64,000 nt of DNA from the NCBI RefSeq assembly GCF_036365525.1, contig NC_090404.1, forward strand, positions 3,968,001 to 4,032,000, read 5' to 3'. The translations under genes and the position numbers were made by a program. Source of the DNA: Heterodontus francisci. Taxonomy: Eukaryota. This document shows, in pieces, positions 11,301-23,764 of this stretch. The notes below the pieces were generated by a model that was not told the DNA's origin, made no database searches, and saw only the letters and a program-made list of their open reading frames with translations. How positions within the stretch are numbered: position 1 is the stretch's first letter; each line of letters opens with the position of its first letter.

Positions 11301-14300
11301 CCTCGTACAGTAGCTGCTGCAGGTTTCTGGGTCACAGCTGCTGTTTGTTGAGGGCTGTTTATAACAGCGGATCACTCACTGACATGTGATTACATTCCTC
11401 TGTGGGAAGAACGCGAGCACAATCCACATAAACACCATCTAAAATCATTCACACCGAACACTGATTCCGTCCGATTATCACATTAACTGTGTGAGGGCAG
11501 AATTGGCTGCTGTTTATTTGTGTATCTCCAGGAACTCGACAATCCCATTGGGAATACAAACTCCAACAGGTGGCCTGGAACTAGTTACATCCGTGCGTCG
11601 CTTCCTCCGAAGTGACTCACTGTAATGAACAAATGAAGATTGGTATAAAATATCAGTCTTCAGTGTCGACAGCGGCAGGGCTGGTGGAAAGGAACCTGAT
11701 AACTGAAGTAACTTGACTAAACACTTCTCAATGTTAAAAACACTTACAGTTGTTGAAACTAATAATCTACAATATATACAAGGTTTAGGAGGTTGTTTTC
11801 AGGACAGGGTAAGAAGCTGATGAGCAATGATGAATGGACTAATAATCTGTAAGCTTAGACGTGGTGTGCTTCAGGCACCGGGATAAATGGTAAGAAGCAC
11901 AGCTGGATACAAAATGCTAATCGAAAAAAGTGTCAAAAGATTGACCTAATGAGGCACAAACCGTGAAAAGGACATTGTACAAAGACTAGAAAACCGTGCG
12001 CACACTCACTAAAGAGACTGGTATAATTTAGAAGATGAATCGATGGTCTAATATGTTTACTATTATTTATAAATAACAAGAACACCATGACGGTATCACT
12101 TCAGCAAGACGTTACTAATACTTAAAATATACAACACATATAATCTCAAAAAACTGGAATGTATAAGCTTGAGACAATGTAGGAAAATCAAGGGTATTAT
12201 CAAGGATATATTTCATGACTGTGATCGTGGTTCTCCTTTAGGAAAGCTGGTTTTCCGTAACCCTTGCAGGTACAAAAGAAGGACTGAGCTGTTCTTTGCA
12301 CTAGTCGGTTTATCGGATCTCCGCTGCTCTCAGTGGGAACGGGTAATGTCATTTCTATTGTGTGTATTCCCATCGCCGGAATATGATTTGTTAACTCTGA
12401 TTTTCTTACCCCAAATACAGCTATTTAATTACTATAACGGTTTGGTATAGTTTTCTCCTGAATGTCGTACAAAAGGAACTTGGAAACAATAGTTCTCCGA
12501 ATTGATGGAAATATTGCAGAGAAGAAATTCTTATTTATTCCACCAGGCGGCAGCACATCCTCAGGAATCACCCTGCAGCATTATCTGGAAACGCTGATCT
12601 CTACCAGCATGATATAGGTCACAAATAGAGACAGCTGCTAAGATAGGGTTCCTAGAGATAACTTCGTCCATCAGCTGAACTAGGATTTGTCTATCTGAAA
12701 CTTCGTAGTTTCGAATCTTACTGTGTTTCTGGAAACCACATAGATTAATCCGGGGAAACCTTTCCTCGGGGAAGCGGATTCTCCAGCCTAAACCCGTCGC
12801 ATTCGATGATCTCTAGGTAACAAACTACAGATTCCAGTCACTTTTACAAATTCTAACATCCATTCTGTAAATGCTTTCACAATCCCATTTCATATGATCT
12901 GGCGAGAAATGTGAAATCCATTCGAGCCATGAGAAATATATTTTGCCGAGTTACATTTCACCCTTGGATCTCTCTCAGTTATTCAAGCATTGCACGTGAT
13001 CTCTGTTTGTTTTACTCTCGGCCCTGTGCCAATTATTACTGAATGCTTTTGGTTATATTGCATTAGTGCCAGTCTCGGTTAGACTGCACTCGAATATGTT
13101 CCTGTTTATATTTCGCTGGGCCCTGCCTCACTAATTGCTGCACTAGGCAATGCCTCTATTTATATTACGCCAGATCTTTGTTTCTTCATTGACTGCACAC
13201 GACCATCTCTTTGTATATTTTACACTGGCCTTGTCTCAGTTATTACTATACCAGAATATGCTCTGTTTATGTTACATTAAGGACTGTCTTTGTTATTAGT
13301 GGACTAGATCATGCCACTCTTTATATGACACGAGACCTTTGCTGTTTGTTCCAAAAATTTACATTATTCATAACATTTATAAGAAAAGGTAGATTACAAC
13401 ACCATTCATGGTGGACATTTCAGAAAGTGCAAAAAAGATCAGTTTCTTTCGATAGAGAAAATAAGGTGCCTCACACTGTTGCCGTTCCATTTTATATATA
13501 ATGTACACTAGACCTTATATTACTCTTATATCATTCTATGCCCTAGCTCAGTTATTACGTCACTTGACCTTACCTCTGTTTATATTACAGTAGACTGTTT
13601 CTGTTTTGGTCGCATTTGCTGACAACGCTATCGTTAGGTGGCGCCGGGCGAGCGGAGCGGGCCGGAGAGAGCAGATGAGCGGGGGGGGGGGGGGGGAGGG
13701 GTTGGGGAGCAGCGGAGCAGGAGTGGGGGAGCAGCGGAGCGGCCGGAGGGAGCAGCGGCGGGGGGTTGGGGGGGGGGGGTTAAATGCATGCAAAAAAAGT
13801 TAGCATTTTTTCAATTTGTATTTTGTAATGAAACGCATGTCAGGACTTCAAGCAACATTCTGTGAGGACTCCAAGCAACATTCCATGAGGACTTCAAGCA
13901 ATATTGGACTGTAAATGTGCAAGGACTCGATTTTTTTTCTATTTTAAATGTTGTTTATAGCTTCATAGTGTCTAAGAATTTAGTTGTTCTAATTAAAGAG
14001 TTAATTTGTTGATTTAAAGACACGTGCTTTGCTTAGCCTCATTCGGGGGATTAATAGATGGTACAATTTGGCTGGCTCTTTCTTTAATTTGGAAAATTTT
14101 AAATGATATGTTAGGCGATCTGTGGAGTGACGAGATTGAATTATCAATGCGCTTCTCCCATCACAATCTGAATTATATATTTTGATTGGGGGCTTTGACT
14201 GGAGCAGTCAGTCGTAACATATTTATTGGGGGCTCAAACCCCGGAATGGCTTGGAAAGAAAGAGAAAAAAAAAGAACTCTGAATAATGTTTGTTTGGAAA

Positions 14301-14469
14301 GGCATTCAAATTTCAATCGTGTTTAGAAACCAATGTTTACAATTAAGGGGCAATCGATTTTAGGGCTTTATTATTAATTAAACATGTTCTATTGGATAGA
14401 TATGAAAATCTGACAATATTGTCGCAGTGTCACGACCTCAGAATGTCCCTTTTATGGCAGTTTACACAA

Positions 14470-15000
14470 GAGCGTTTACGCCTGTGTGTTTTTAAATGTG
14501 TGTATATGTGAGTGTGAATCTCAGTATCTGTTTACTGTTAGCTGTGGCTGTGTGCTAATCTGTTTGTATCTGTGAATGTGAATGTGTGTGCATGTCTGTT
14601 TTTATTGCTCTATGTTTGCGAGTGTCGACGTGTGTGTCCGTGTGTGTGCGTCGGTGTGTGTGTGTAATTGTTTGTGCTGTGAATGTGTGTGTGTGTTAAT
14701 CTATCTGCATCTGTGTTCCGTGTGTGTGTGTTTGGTCTGTGTTTGCGTCTCTGTTCCGTATGTGTGTTTATCTGAGTTTGTCTTTTCAGTGCTGTATGTG
14801 GGGTTTGTATGAAGTTCTCTACCTGATCACTTACCAAAGATCTTTCGTTTTAAACATCTCAGCGGAATAAACATAAACGTCCTCCACAATATATTAACAA
14901 ATGCGTTTTGCGGGGTTTGGATGTCTGTGCCTGTACAAGTGTGTCTGTGTGTAAGTCTGTGTGCGCGTGTTTTTATCTGTTTCCAATGCACCTTGACATG
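14470..15000. repeat. Degenerate TG-rich microsatellite
   Basis: Interrupted (TG)n. Confidence 0.8.
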
Positions 15001-15371
15001 GTTGTGCTGTCCACGGCACGGTGCGCTTTGATCAATTTCCGAAGATCCTAATCCCCAACAACAGAAGTGGTTGTTCAGAGAGATAGAAATGAACGGGAGA
15101 AGAAATTCCAGCTGGTTTGATAACAACTCAGCGCTGTTTCTTCCTTTCCAGGTTCTGTAAGGTCCCAGTCTCTGTTTCTGGAGTTAAGACAGGAACCGTA
15201 GAGATAAAACTCTGCCTGACACAGATTATTGTCCTGATCACAGGTCGGTACCATTAGAAACTCCCTACAACGTTCGCCAATTATCATTAAATTTCCCTTC
15301 TACAGTTCTGGTCACTTTCACTTTATTATACTCCATCTAACATGCTGTGTGTCCGCTGTTTATTTTCACAG

Positions 15372-15678
15372 ATGGGTAACAGAGACTCAGGGCTCCAGTA
15401 AGAACAAGGAGTTGGATCAGTAAATTCAGTAATAACATGTAGTTGTTCTGTATGGTTTAATTTGCCAGCTGTAACCTGTTCTGGTATCGCCAGTATCCAC
15501 ACCGAGTTCCTCAGTATCTGTTCAGAAACGATAGTCACTAGAATAAGGAGACGGCTCCCGGTTTTTGAACACTTCAGCACGTAATTTCAACCGGATGGAA
15601 GGCATTTTTCTCCCATCTATGAAAGGCTTGCGGATCACAGACAACGACTATTATTACTGCACCATGAGACCCACAGTG
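15372..15678 (+). pseudogene. TRAV/DV: Heavily decayed TCR V pseudogene
   Basis: NLFWYRQYPHRVPQYL and DYYYCTMRP followed by CACAGTG (15672-15678); stops, frameshifts, no nonamer. Confidence 0.8.
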
Positions 15679-16553
15679 AATAAGATTCCTCGACCAGACT
15701 ACAGGTCGGTATTAAGGGTGGGCTCCAGGAAAAAAAGGGATTGCATCCTACAGCCTTTCTATAGAAAATGGACGGGAACATACACTTTTTCCGAGCTGTT
15801 CTCTTTGTCAGTGCTATCACAGTTGTGAAATGTGTCTGTAGCATTTGAACCTAGGGCCAAATTCAGAAATTTCCAGTTACCTGTTAACAATGACCTGCAG
15901 ATCTCTGGGATGAATAACAGGATCGATCTGTCCAAGTAAAGGTCCTTGATATGACACATATCCGTCAGGCCACACCTTGCAAAGTTTCTGAAACAAGAGC
16001 TGCTGAATGAAATCATCACTTTAGTCGTACAAGTTGAGCCTGAGTGGTACCACACGCAATTTGAAGAGGAATGACTGCTTATAACGTCCCTGATATCCTT
16101 AGGACTATAGCAATGATGTTCATGGTCTGGAGGGTATTCATTCATACCAGGGCTTCAGAGCAATTCGAATTCTTTCACCTTAATTAGAGAGAGATCTATT
16201 TCTCAAAAAAGATAAATATATCCAGTTAGACAACAATGGAGACAAAGTGAGAAAGAAACAGAAAAACTGACAACGAGATAAAGAACAAGACATTGAGATA
16301 GGGAGAAAAACACACAAACGCAGTCTGGGAAGAAAGTATTGGTGAGACACAGCAGTAACTGGTCCTCAACGAACCTGACTGGTTCACAGCTGACATAGTA
16401 TCTGAGCCACCAGCCAACGCAACCCAGAGAAACGCCCGTCCGTTTTACAACAAGTGAATTCTGCCTCGATCAAATGTCATTCTTCAATATCGGATTAGAA
16501 GATTAACAATTAAAACCTACTGCTATTTTCGGTCGAACTCTAAACCAGACGCC

Positions 16554-17004
16554 ATTTGCTTCCTATGTTTGTGATTGATTATACTGGCCTTGCTGTTTAA
16601 GTGGTCAGTGTGTCTTCCAGGGTCATATTCATTCTTTTGATTTTGACTTCTGTGTTTTGTTACAGGAACGAGTGGTGACGATTCAGTGTCACAGGACCCA
16701 CCTCAATTAACAGTTCAGGAAAGACGGGCGGTAATTCTGAACTTTAGTTACACGACAGCGGAGCCTGACTTAAATCTCTTCTGGTACATCCAGTATCTGA
16801 GGGAAGCTCCGACATTTTACTGAGAACATGCGGCATGGTACAGGGGGATAAATCTCCAGATTTTCCAGATTCTGGTGAATTGGACAAAGACAAGAAAACA
16901 GTTCCTTCAAAAGTCGACGGTGCTCTTGTCTCTGACTCTGCCGTGTGTTACTGTGTCCTCCGCCCCACTCTGTTAGTGTATCGTAGTCAGTCAGTACAAA
17001 CATG
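16554..17004 (+). pseudogene. TRAV/DV: TCR V pseudogene, same family as the 5.3 and 8.9 kb Vs (V exon 16666-16965)
   Basis: DSVSQDPPQLTVQE...; first Cys>Phe, frameshift after EAP, leader ATG>ATT with a stop; RSS CACTCTG-23-ACAAACATG. Confidence 0.88.
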
Positions 17005-18524
17005 GCAAAGGACTCTCACCTCCTCTCACTGAATCTGGATTGTCATCTGATAATGGAGCACAAACCAAACTGTGGAGAGAAACACATTGGTCAGTTTATA
17101 GATGGGTAGTTCATAAAACAGTTCCAGAGATACACGGACTGCCCCCCGCCTACATTTTCTCCTTCAATGACCACTTCCTACTTTGTTTGAAGGTATCCAG
17201 CCATTGCCGACAAGCGTCTGTGAATTCCGGCTGTGGAGTCCGTGAGTATAAAACTCAGTGTGTTTCACAGCTCAGTAACGGGTTGGTTCTTGTTAGTTTG
17301 GGAACTGAATAATAAGATAGTTGGACATTCGCACTCCAGTCATCACACCGAGTGCTTGGCTGCAATATAACCAAAAGGTAGATCGGATAATGAAGAATAT
17401 AAAACAGTTAACTCTGGATATAACTTTAAATTAAACTGCGGAATTATAGCTTAGGGACACGGGTTCAAACTATGAAAGGTCATTTCAGGACCGATATCAG
17501 GAAATTCTTCAGCAATCAATACGTGGAATCAGGTTCCAGATGCAACAGAAGAGGGTCAAACCTGGGAATAATTTCATAAAATGATGGATATTCCAAAGGC
17601 GAAGGTTGGAGCGGGTTGGGGGTGGAGGCATGTTGGTGTTAAATGATCTATCCTAAGAGCAGTAGAATTCCAACGCCCGCTCTGCATGATCCTGTGATCT
17701 TGTGATCAATCGCAGGAGTTGGCGATTGGTACTGGACATGCAGACATATTTAGTCACTGTGTTGGTGCCAGTGTGGAAACGAGTGCAGCTTCAGAACAGC
17801 ATTCAGTGACTTGACTGAAGAAACGGATTGAAGAAAAGTTTCGGTAACAGAACCATTCATTTCAAATGGAAGTTGCTTTGATCAATGTTATTATGAAGGA
17901 ATGAAATATTGTTACTAATGGCGATATTCTGCATTTATTAAGAAGCAGCTCACCACAGAATCACTAAAGCAATTTGTTGTGACACTCCGCCACTCTCCTC
18001 AAAGCTGTCAATCATTCCCTATTGCATTCAAGTAAAAGGCATTTATCTCCAGAACAACTGCAAACTTGTTATGCTGGCTGTGGGAAATCTTAATGAGCAG
18101 TGAACAGCTCTTATCATGGAATTCAATGGCACAGATGCCAGGACAACATGAATTATTTTCCTCAGGCCCCAGCCTCACAGACTGGCTCTGTTAAAGGGCC
18201 AGCATTGAGTTTTAACCCCGTCCAGTTCCCTGTTGTGAGAACAATTTCATTGGACTCCCTGTTCACTGCTCTGATGTCATCAATTCTGCAATAAAGGACC
18301 TATGCGCTGATTGGAAGAACTGGAGAATAAAGGATTTGTGATCTGATTGGACGAATTAAAGAACAAAGGACCCGTGAGTTGATTGGATGTCACCTGCTGA
18401 CCCGGCCAGCAATGTATCTATCCGGAGATAGGCTGGATATTGAACAGGATCTTCTCAAGTCCTGATGAAAGCAATTCCAGCTTCAGTCCGTTCAGTTCAG
18501 ATCATCCATCAACTGTCTAAAAAC

Positions 18525-19382
18525 ATGTCAGACGTTACTTTTTACTTATTCCTCACAGCTGCAGCTCTTTTAACTGGGAAGTTCACAATTTACACAAGGC
18601 CGTCTTTCACATCTTGATCAGATAGTTCATCAATCTGTTCCCTGAAGACAAGGGTAACAATCGATTGATCGGAAGTGAACAAAGCAATCCAGATCTACCT
18701 TGAGTCAACACTGAACACTGTTTGAGCAAACTCGACAAACTCCCCCAGGAGGAGAAACTTGAAGAGTTGAGCTGAGATTACAGGGGAATGGCTGACAGAC
18801 ATGTTCCTCCCCACCAGGGCTAATGACAGACACCGATAGACACACGAGTCTTACACCCACAGGCCATTTGTAGGCCTCCCTTTACAGTCAATCCCAGCAC
18901 CTTCCTGTTGCACCTTCTGAACAGTGGAAAGTGTATTTGTGTTTACCTGTCCTAATTTCTCAGTTAAGTATTGGGGGTGACGGGCTGATTCTGGGAGATA
19001 GACGTTGGTTAATTTAATATTGCTCTGTTCTTGCAGGACATTGTCGAGGAGACTCCGTTTCACAGACACCAGCTGTAATCACAATAATTGAAGGAGCTGA
19101 TGTTCGGTTGCACTGTAATTATACAGCTACAAGCAGCAGCAATCCTTACCTATTCTGGTACCGTCAGTATTCCAGTGGATACATGGAATATCTGCTGCAA
19201 AGAAACAAATATAGTGAGGACCGAGAAAGATTTCCAGAGGACCGTTTTTCAGCGGAGCTCGATGATTCGATCCGAACCGTCCCGCTGAAAGTATCTAAAA
19301 CAGAACTGACAGACTCTGCGGTGTACTACTGCACACTGAGACCCACAGAGACACAGAGCTGGGCTGATCCTGTACAAAAACT
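18525..19382 (+). pseudogene. TRAV/DV: TCR alpha/delta V: leader 18525-18576 with GG donor, intact V exon 19037-19343, 23-RSS 19344-19382
   Basis: DSVSQTPAVITIIEGADVRLHCNY...LFWYRQY...DSAVYYCTLRP; CACAGAG-23-ACAAAAACT; donor reads G|ggaag where the paralog at 4154 has G|gtaag. Confidence 0.85.
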
Positions 19383-19677
19383 ATCAGAGAGTCGCTCAAC
19401 ATAACAGCAAGTTAGGGAAACATTGTGATCGGAGGTGAGTCTCTGCATTTGTGATTAGACCTTGTACTGTTAATGTTAATATACAGTTATCCTTATTCCT
19501 GCAATGTTTCACTTTTCAAATAATGATCTAATTTCCTTTTAAAAGTAACGATTGAATCTATCTCCACCAACATTTTCAGACAGTGTATTATGGAGCATAA
19601 CATCTCGCTGAATAAAGGCAAAATTCTCTTCCTTTTTCCTCTGTTTCTTTTAGCAAGTATCTATGTGTTTTTGTAGA

Positions 19678-21130
19678 TCGGCAACACCGGACAGCCCGCT
19701 TCTACCTCCTTCCGAAAATTCACAAACAAGACTGTCCTGGCAGACCCATCGTTTCAGCCTGTTCCTGCCCCACTGAACTTATTTCTTGCGATCTTGACTC
19801 TATCTTTTCAACTGGTCCAGTCTCTTCCCACCTGCATCCGTGACTCTTCTGAAGCCCGACATCATTTTGACAATTTCCGGTTTCCTGGCCCAAACTGCCT
19901 CCTGTTCACGATGGACGTCCAATGTTTCTACACCTCCATCCCCCACCAGGAAGGTCTGAGGGCTCACTCCTTCTTCCTTGAACAGAGGTCTTCGTTATGC
20001 CTGTCGTTTTGTGGGATATGTCGAACATTCCTTGTTCCAGTCCAAATAAGGCCCCCTCCCCCAACTCTTTTTTCGGTATATTTATGATTGTCTTGGTGCC
20101 GTTTCCTGCTCCCACCCCGAACTGGAAATCTTTATCAACTTTGCTTCTAATTTTCACCCTTCTCTCTCCTTTATATGGTCCATCTCCGACACATCCCTTC
20201 CCTTCTTTGACGTCTTTGTCTCCATCTCTCGGGATAGGCTGTCTAACATAAACCCACAGACTCCCACAACTACCTCGATTACACTTCTTCACAGCCTACC
20301 TCCTGTAAGGACTATAGTCCATTCTCCCAGTTTCTCGGTCTCGAGCGCATCTGTTCTGATGATGCAACCTTCGGCAGTAGCGCTTCTGACCTGTTTTCCT
20401 CCTTCCTCAACAGAGCATTCCCCGCACCACCTCCCACCACATCCCACGCCCCGCCCCCCACAACGCCCCACACTGCGTTTGACGGGGCCCTTCAACCGTG
20501 CCCGGCCCATTTCCCGCACTTCTGCCATCACCCCTTCCACTCCCTCCCAGAACCGCGAGTGCTCCCCTTCTCCTCACTTTCCACCCCACCAGCCTCCATA
20601 TCCAAAGGATCATCCTTCACCATTTCTGTCACGTCCAGCATGATGCCAATACCAAACGCAGCTTCCCCTCCCCTCCCATGTCAGCATTCCGAAGGGATCA
20701 TTCCCTCCCCGACACCCTAGTCCACTCCTCCATTACCCCCAACAAGTCATCCCCTTCCTATTGCTCCCTCCCATGCAATCACTGGAGGTGAAATACCTGC
20801 CCCTTTACCTCCTCTCTCCTCACTATCCAAGGCCCCAAACACTCCGTTCAGATGAACCAGCGATTTACTTGTACTTCTTTCAATGCAGTATACTGTATTC
20901 GCTGCTTGCAATGCAGTCACCTCTGCACTAGGGAGACCAAAGGCAGATTGGGTGACCGCTTTCTGGAACACCTCTGCTCAGTCCAAAAACATGCCTCGAG
21001 CTTCTTGTCGCTTGTCATTTCAATACCCGCACCCGCTCCCACCCATACAAAGCCCCGCCCCCGCCCCCCTCCCCCCCCCACCCCCACTCTGCTCTCTTGC
21101 CCACTTCTCTCTCCTGGGCTTGCAGCAGTG
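19678..21130 (+). mobile_element. Penelope-like retroelement fragment (RT plus GIY-YIG endonuclease)
   Basis: [47 protein letters not shown]. Confidence 0.85.
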
Positions 21131-21139
21131 TTACATGTG

Positions 21140-22195
21140 CTGTGGAGAAAGTGGAACCAGTGGATGGATCTTACTTAGGTTTCCAGAAGGCATTTGATAA
21201 GGTGCCACATCGAAGGTTATTGCAGAAAATAAAAGCTCATGGTGTCGGGGGTAACATATTGACATGGACAGAAGATTGGTTAGCTAACAGCAACAGAGAG
21301 TATGCATAAATAGGTCAGTTTCTGAATGGCAAGATGTAACGAATGGTGTGTCACAGGAATCTGTGCTGGGGCCTCAACTTTTTACAATTTATATAAATGA
21401 CTTAGATGAAGGGACCGAAGGTATGGTTGCTAAATTTGCTGATGACACAAAGATGGCTGGAAAGTAAGAGGACAAAAGAAGGCTACAAAGGGATGTAGAT
21501 AGGTTAAGTGAGTGGGCAAAGATCTGGCAAATTGAGTATAATGTGGGAAAGTGTGAGATTGTCCTTTTTGACAGGAAGAATAAAAAAGAAATATGTTATC
21601 TAAATGGTGAGGGATTTCCGAGCTGTGAGATGCAGAGGGATCTGGGTGCCCTAGTGCATGAATCGCAAAAGTTTAGTATGCAGATACAGCACATAATTAG
21701 GTAAGCGAATAGAATGTTATCGTTTAATTGAATACAAAAGTAAGCAGGGTATGCTTCAGCGTAAAAGGACGTTGGCGTGACCACATCTGGATTACTGTGT
21801 ACAGTACTGGTCTCCTTATTTAAGGAAGGGTGTAAATGCGTTGGAGTTAGTACAGAGATGGTTTACGAGGTAAATACCTGGAATGGATGGGCTGTCTTGC
21901 CAGGAAAGATAGGATAAGCTAGGCTTGTATCCGCTGGAATTTAGAGGAGAAAGAGGCGACTTGATTGAAACATATAATATCCTGAGGGGTCTTGACAGGG
22001 TGGATGTGGAAAGGATGCTTCCCCTTGTGGGAGAATCTCGAACAAGGGGTCACTGTTTAAAAATAAGGGGTCGCCCATTTAAGACAGAGATGAGGAGAAC
22101 TTTTTTCTCTCAGAGGGTCGTCAGTCTTTGAATTTCTCTTCCTCAAAAGGCAGTGGAAACGGAGTCTTTGAATATTATTAAGGCAGAGGTAGATA
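21140..22195 (+). mobile_element. CR1 LINE RT 3' fragment
   Basis: FQKAFDKVPH, KFADDTK, RTRGHCLK. Confidence 0.85.
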
Positions 22196-22483
22196 TTTTA
22201 GTTCTTTTCATCATTCGTATTTTAACCATGTGTCTGCCCACTTTTTGTTTGTGTTTGTGCTTTTGGCGAGGGCTGTTCATTATTCTGTCATTTAACACCC
22301 TCTCTGCACTAATGCTTCGTCTTCCACCACACCCTGAGCACTCTCTTTGCCTTTGCCTTTGCCCCATGACCTCCTTGTCTGTTAATCGCTCTGACCATCT
22401 GTCTGATCAACAATTTCCCTTTTGTTACCTTTACCCCCACCCCCGCTTTATTTGTTTATAAGCTATTATATTTCTAACCTTTT

Positions 22484-22523
22484 CTAGTTCTGATGAAAGG
22501 TCAGTGACCTGAAACGTTAACTC
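22484..22523 (+). ncRNA. Minimal hammerhead ribozyme motif in Penelope terminal repeat
   Basis: AGTT-CTGATGA-a-AGGTC agt GACCT-GAAA-CGTT-AACT; stem I AGTT/AACT, palindromic AACGTT stem III. Confidence 0.65.
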
Positions 22524-22765
22524 TGTTTCTCTCTCCACAGATGCTCAGTATTTCCAGAACGTTTTATCTTTGTTTATATGTTTGCGTCCGGCTGTTACTG
22601 ACCCTCCCTGACACTGGCAACAGTTTCTCTTTATTCACTCCATCAAAATCCATATATCTTTTTTTCAAATGTCATTCAGTGATCTTTTATTCTGAAATGT
22701 TATCCTGCTTTTGTTGGGATTTACTATTCACACTTTCTCTAAATGTTTCTCTCTCTGTCCTTCAG

Positions 22766-23110
22766 AGAGCGGCCTCGCAGACATCACTCATCAGCCAAAA
22801 GAAAATGTGACAGCTCGGGGAGCAGTGAGCTTCACCATGACAAGCTCCTAGACTGAGGTGACGAGAGTTTGCCTGGACTGGTAGTGGGATGGTCTCTCCG
22901 TGGATCCGGAGAAATTCTCATCCGCTGCACCGACGGGTTCATTGACAATTCGCCTTTTGCAAGCCGGGTCTTCACCACATCTTTGGTCAAAAAATACACG
23001 GCCGTCAGTTAAACAGTTTCACAGGCGACAGCTGCCAATACCAGGAAATACTTCTGAGTCTTAACACCGCACACAGCCGTGTATGTAGGGCAATAGCCTC
23101 TGCATAAACT
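22766..23110 (+). pseudogene. TRAV/DV: Decayed TCR V pseudogene with 23-RSS
   Basis: ttcag acceptor; ADITHQPKENVT...VCLDW* / ILIRCTDG...KYF*VLTP; RSS CACAGCC-23-GCATAAACT (23072-23110). Confidence 0.7.
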
Positions 23111-23764
23111 GAAGCTGTTATGACACGAATACTGTGTCAGTGAACTCGCGGTATCATTGTATTTCATGGTAGCTACAGAGTGCAATGGTCTAATGGAGAA
23201 ACGTAACAATTCTTTCATCCATTTTCCCTCAGTGTATCATAAACGGACAGATTGACAATTTTATCGAACATTGTGCACCCAAAGAAATTATTATTGTTGA
23301 CCACAAATTAAAAATATCTCGAAAACACTTGGACTCCCAAATTCCTTCATTCCTCCACAAGAGTCAGCGTCAGAGTCAATGACACCATTTCTGGCACAGA
23401 ATTCCACATTCACACTTCCTACTTTGTGATAAACTTCCTTCTATTTAAAAGTCAATCTTCTGCTGTTTGACAGCTCACACTATTGGCTATCTTTATTGTC
23501 GCTGTTTCCACAGGGACCAGCAGAGTTTCTTCTTTGCTTTGTATTGTTACAGTCCATTTTACCCAGGAAGCTCCCAGCAGAAAGGAGGTTCTGTTTGTAT
23601 TGACTCCATTAATGACTGGGCAGTGGAGGGCTGAAGCTCCCACAATTCACAGCAGCTAGTAGAAGCCTGGGATATCACTGACAGTGAAGTTTCAGTCAAT
23701 GATATTGCACTGGCGAATGTGTGGGTAGTGCGCCATCTGACATCAGCAAACAAGACCTTCAAGT

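Noticed and set aside
13560-13865. Pro/Gly-rich ORFs
   Set aside because: Low-complexity G tracts.
23452-23762. Possible extra V or leader
   Set aside because: No Cys/Trp framework, usable splice sites or RSS in the frames examined.
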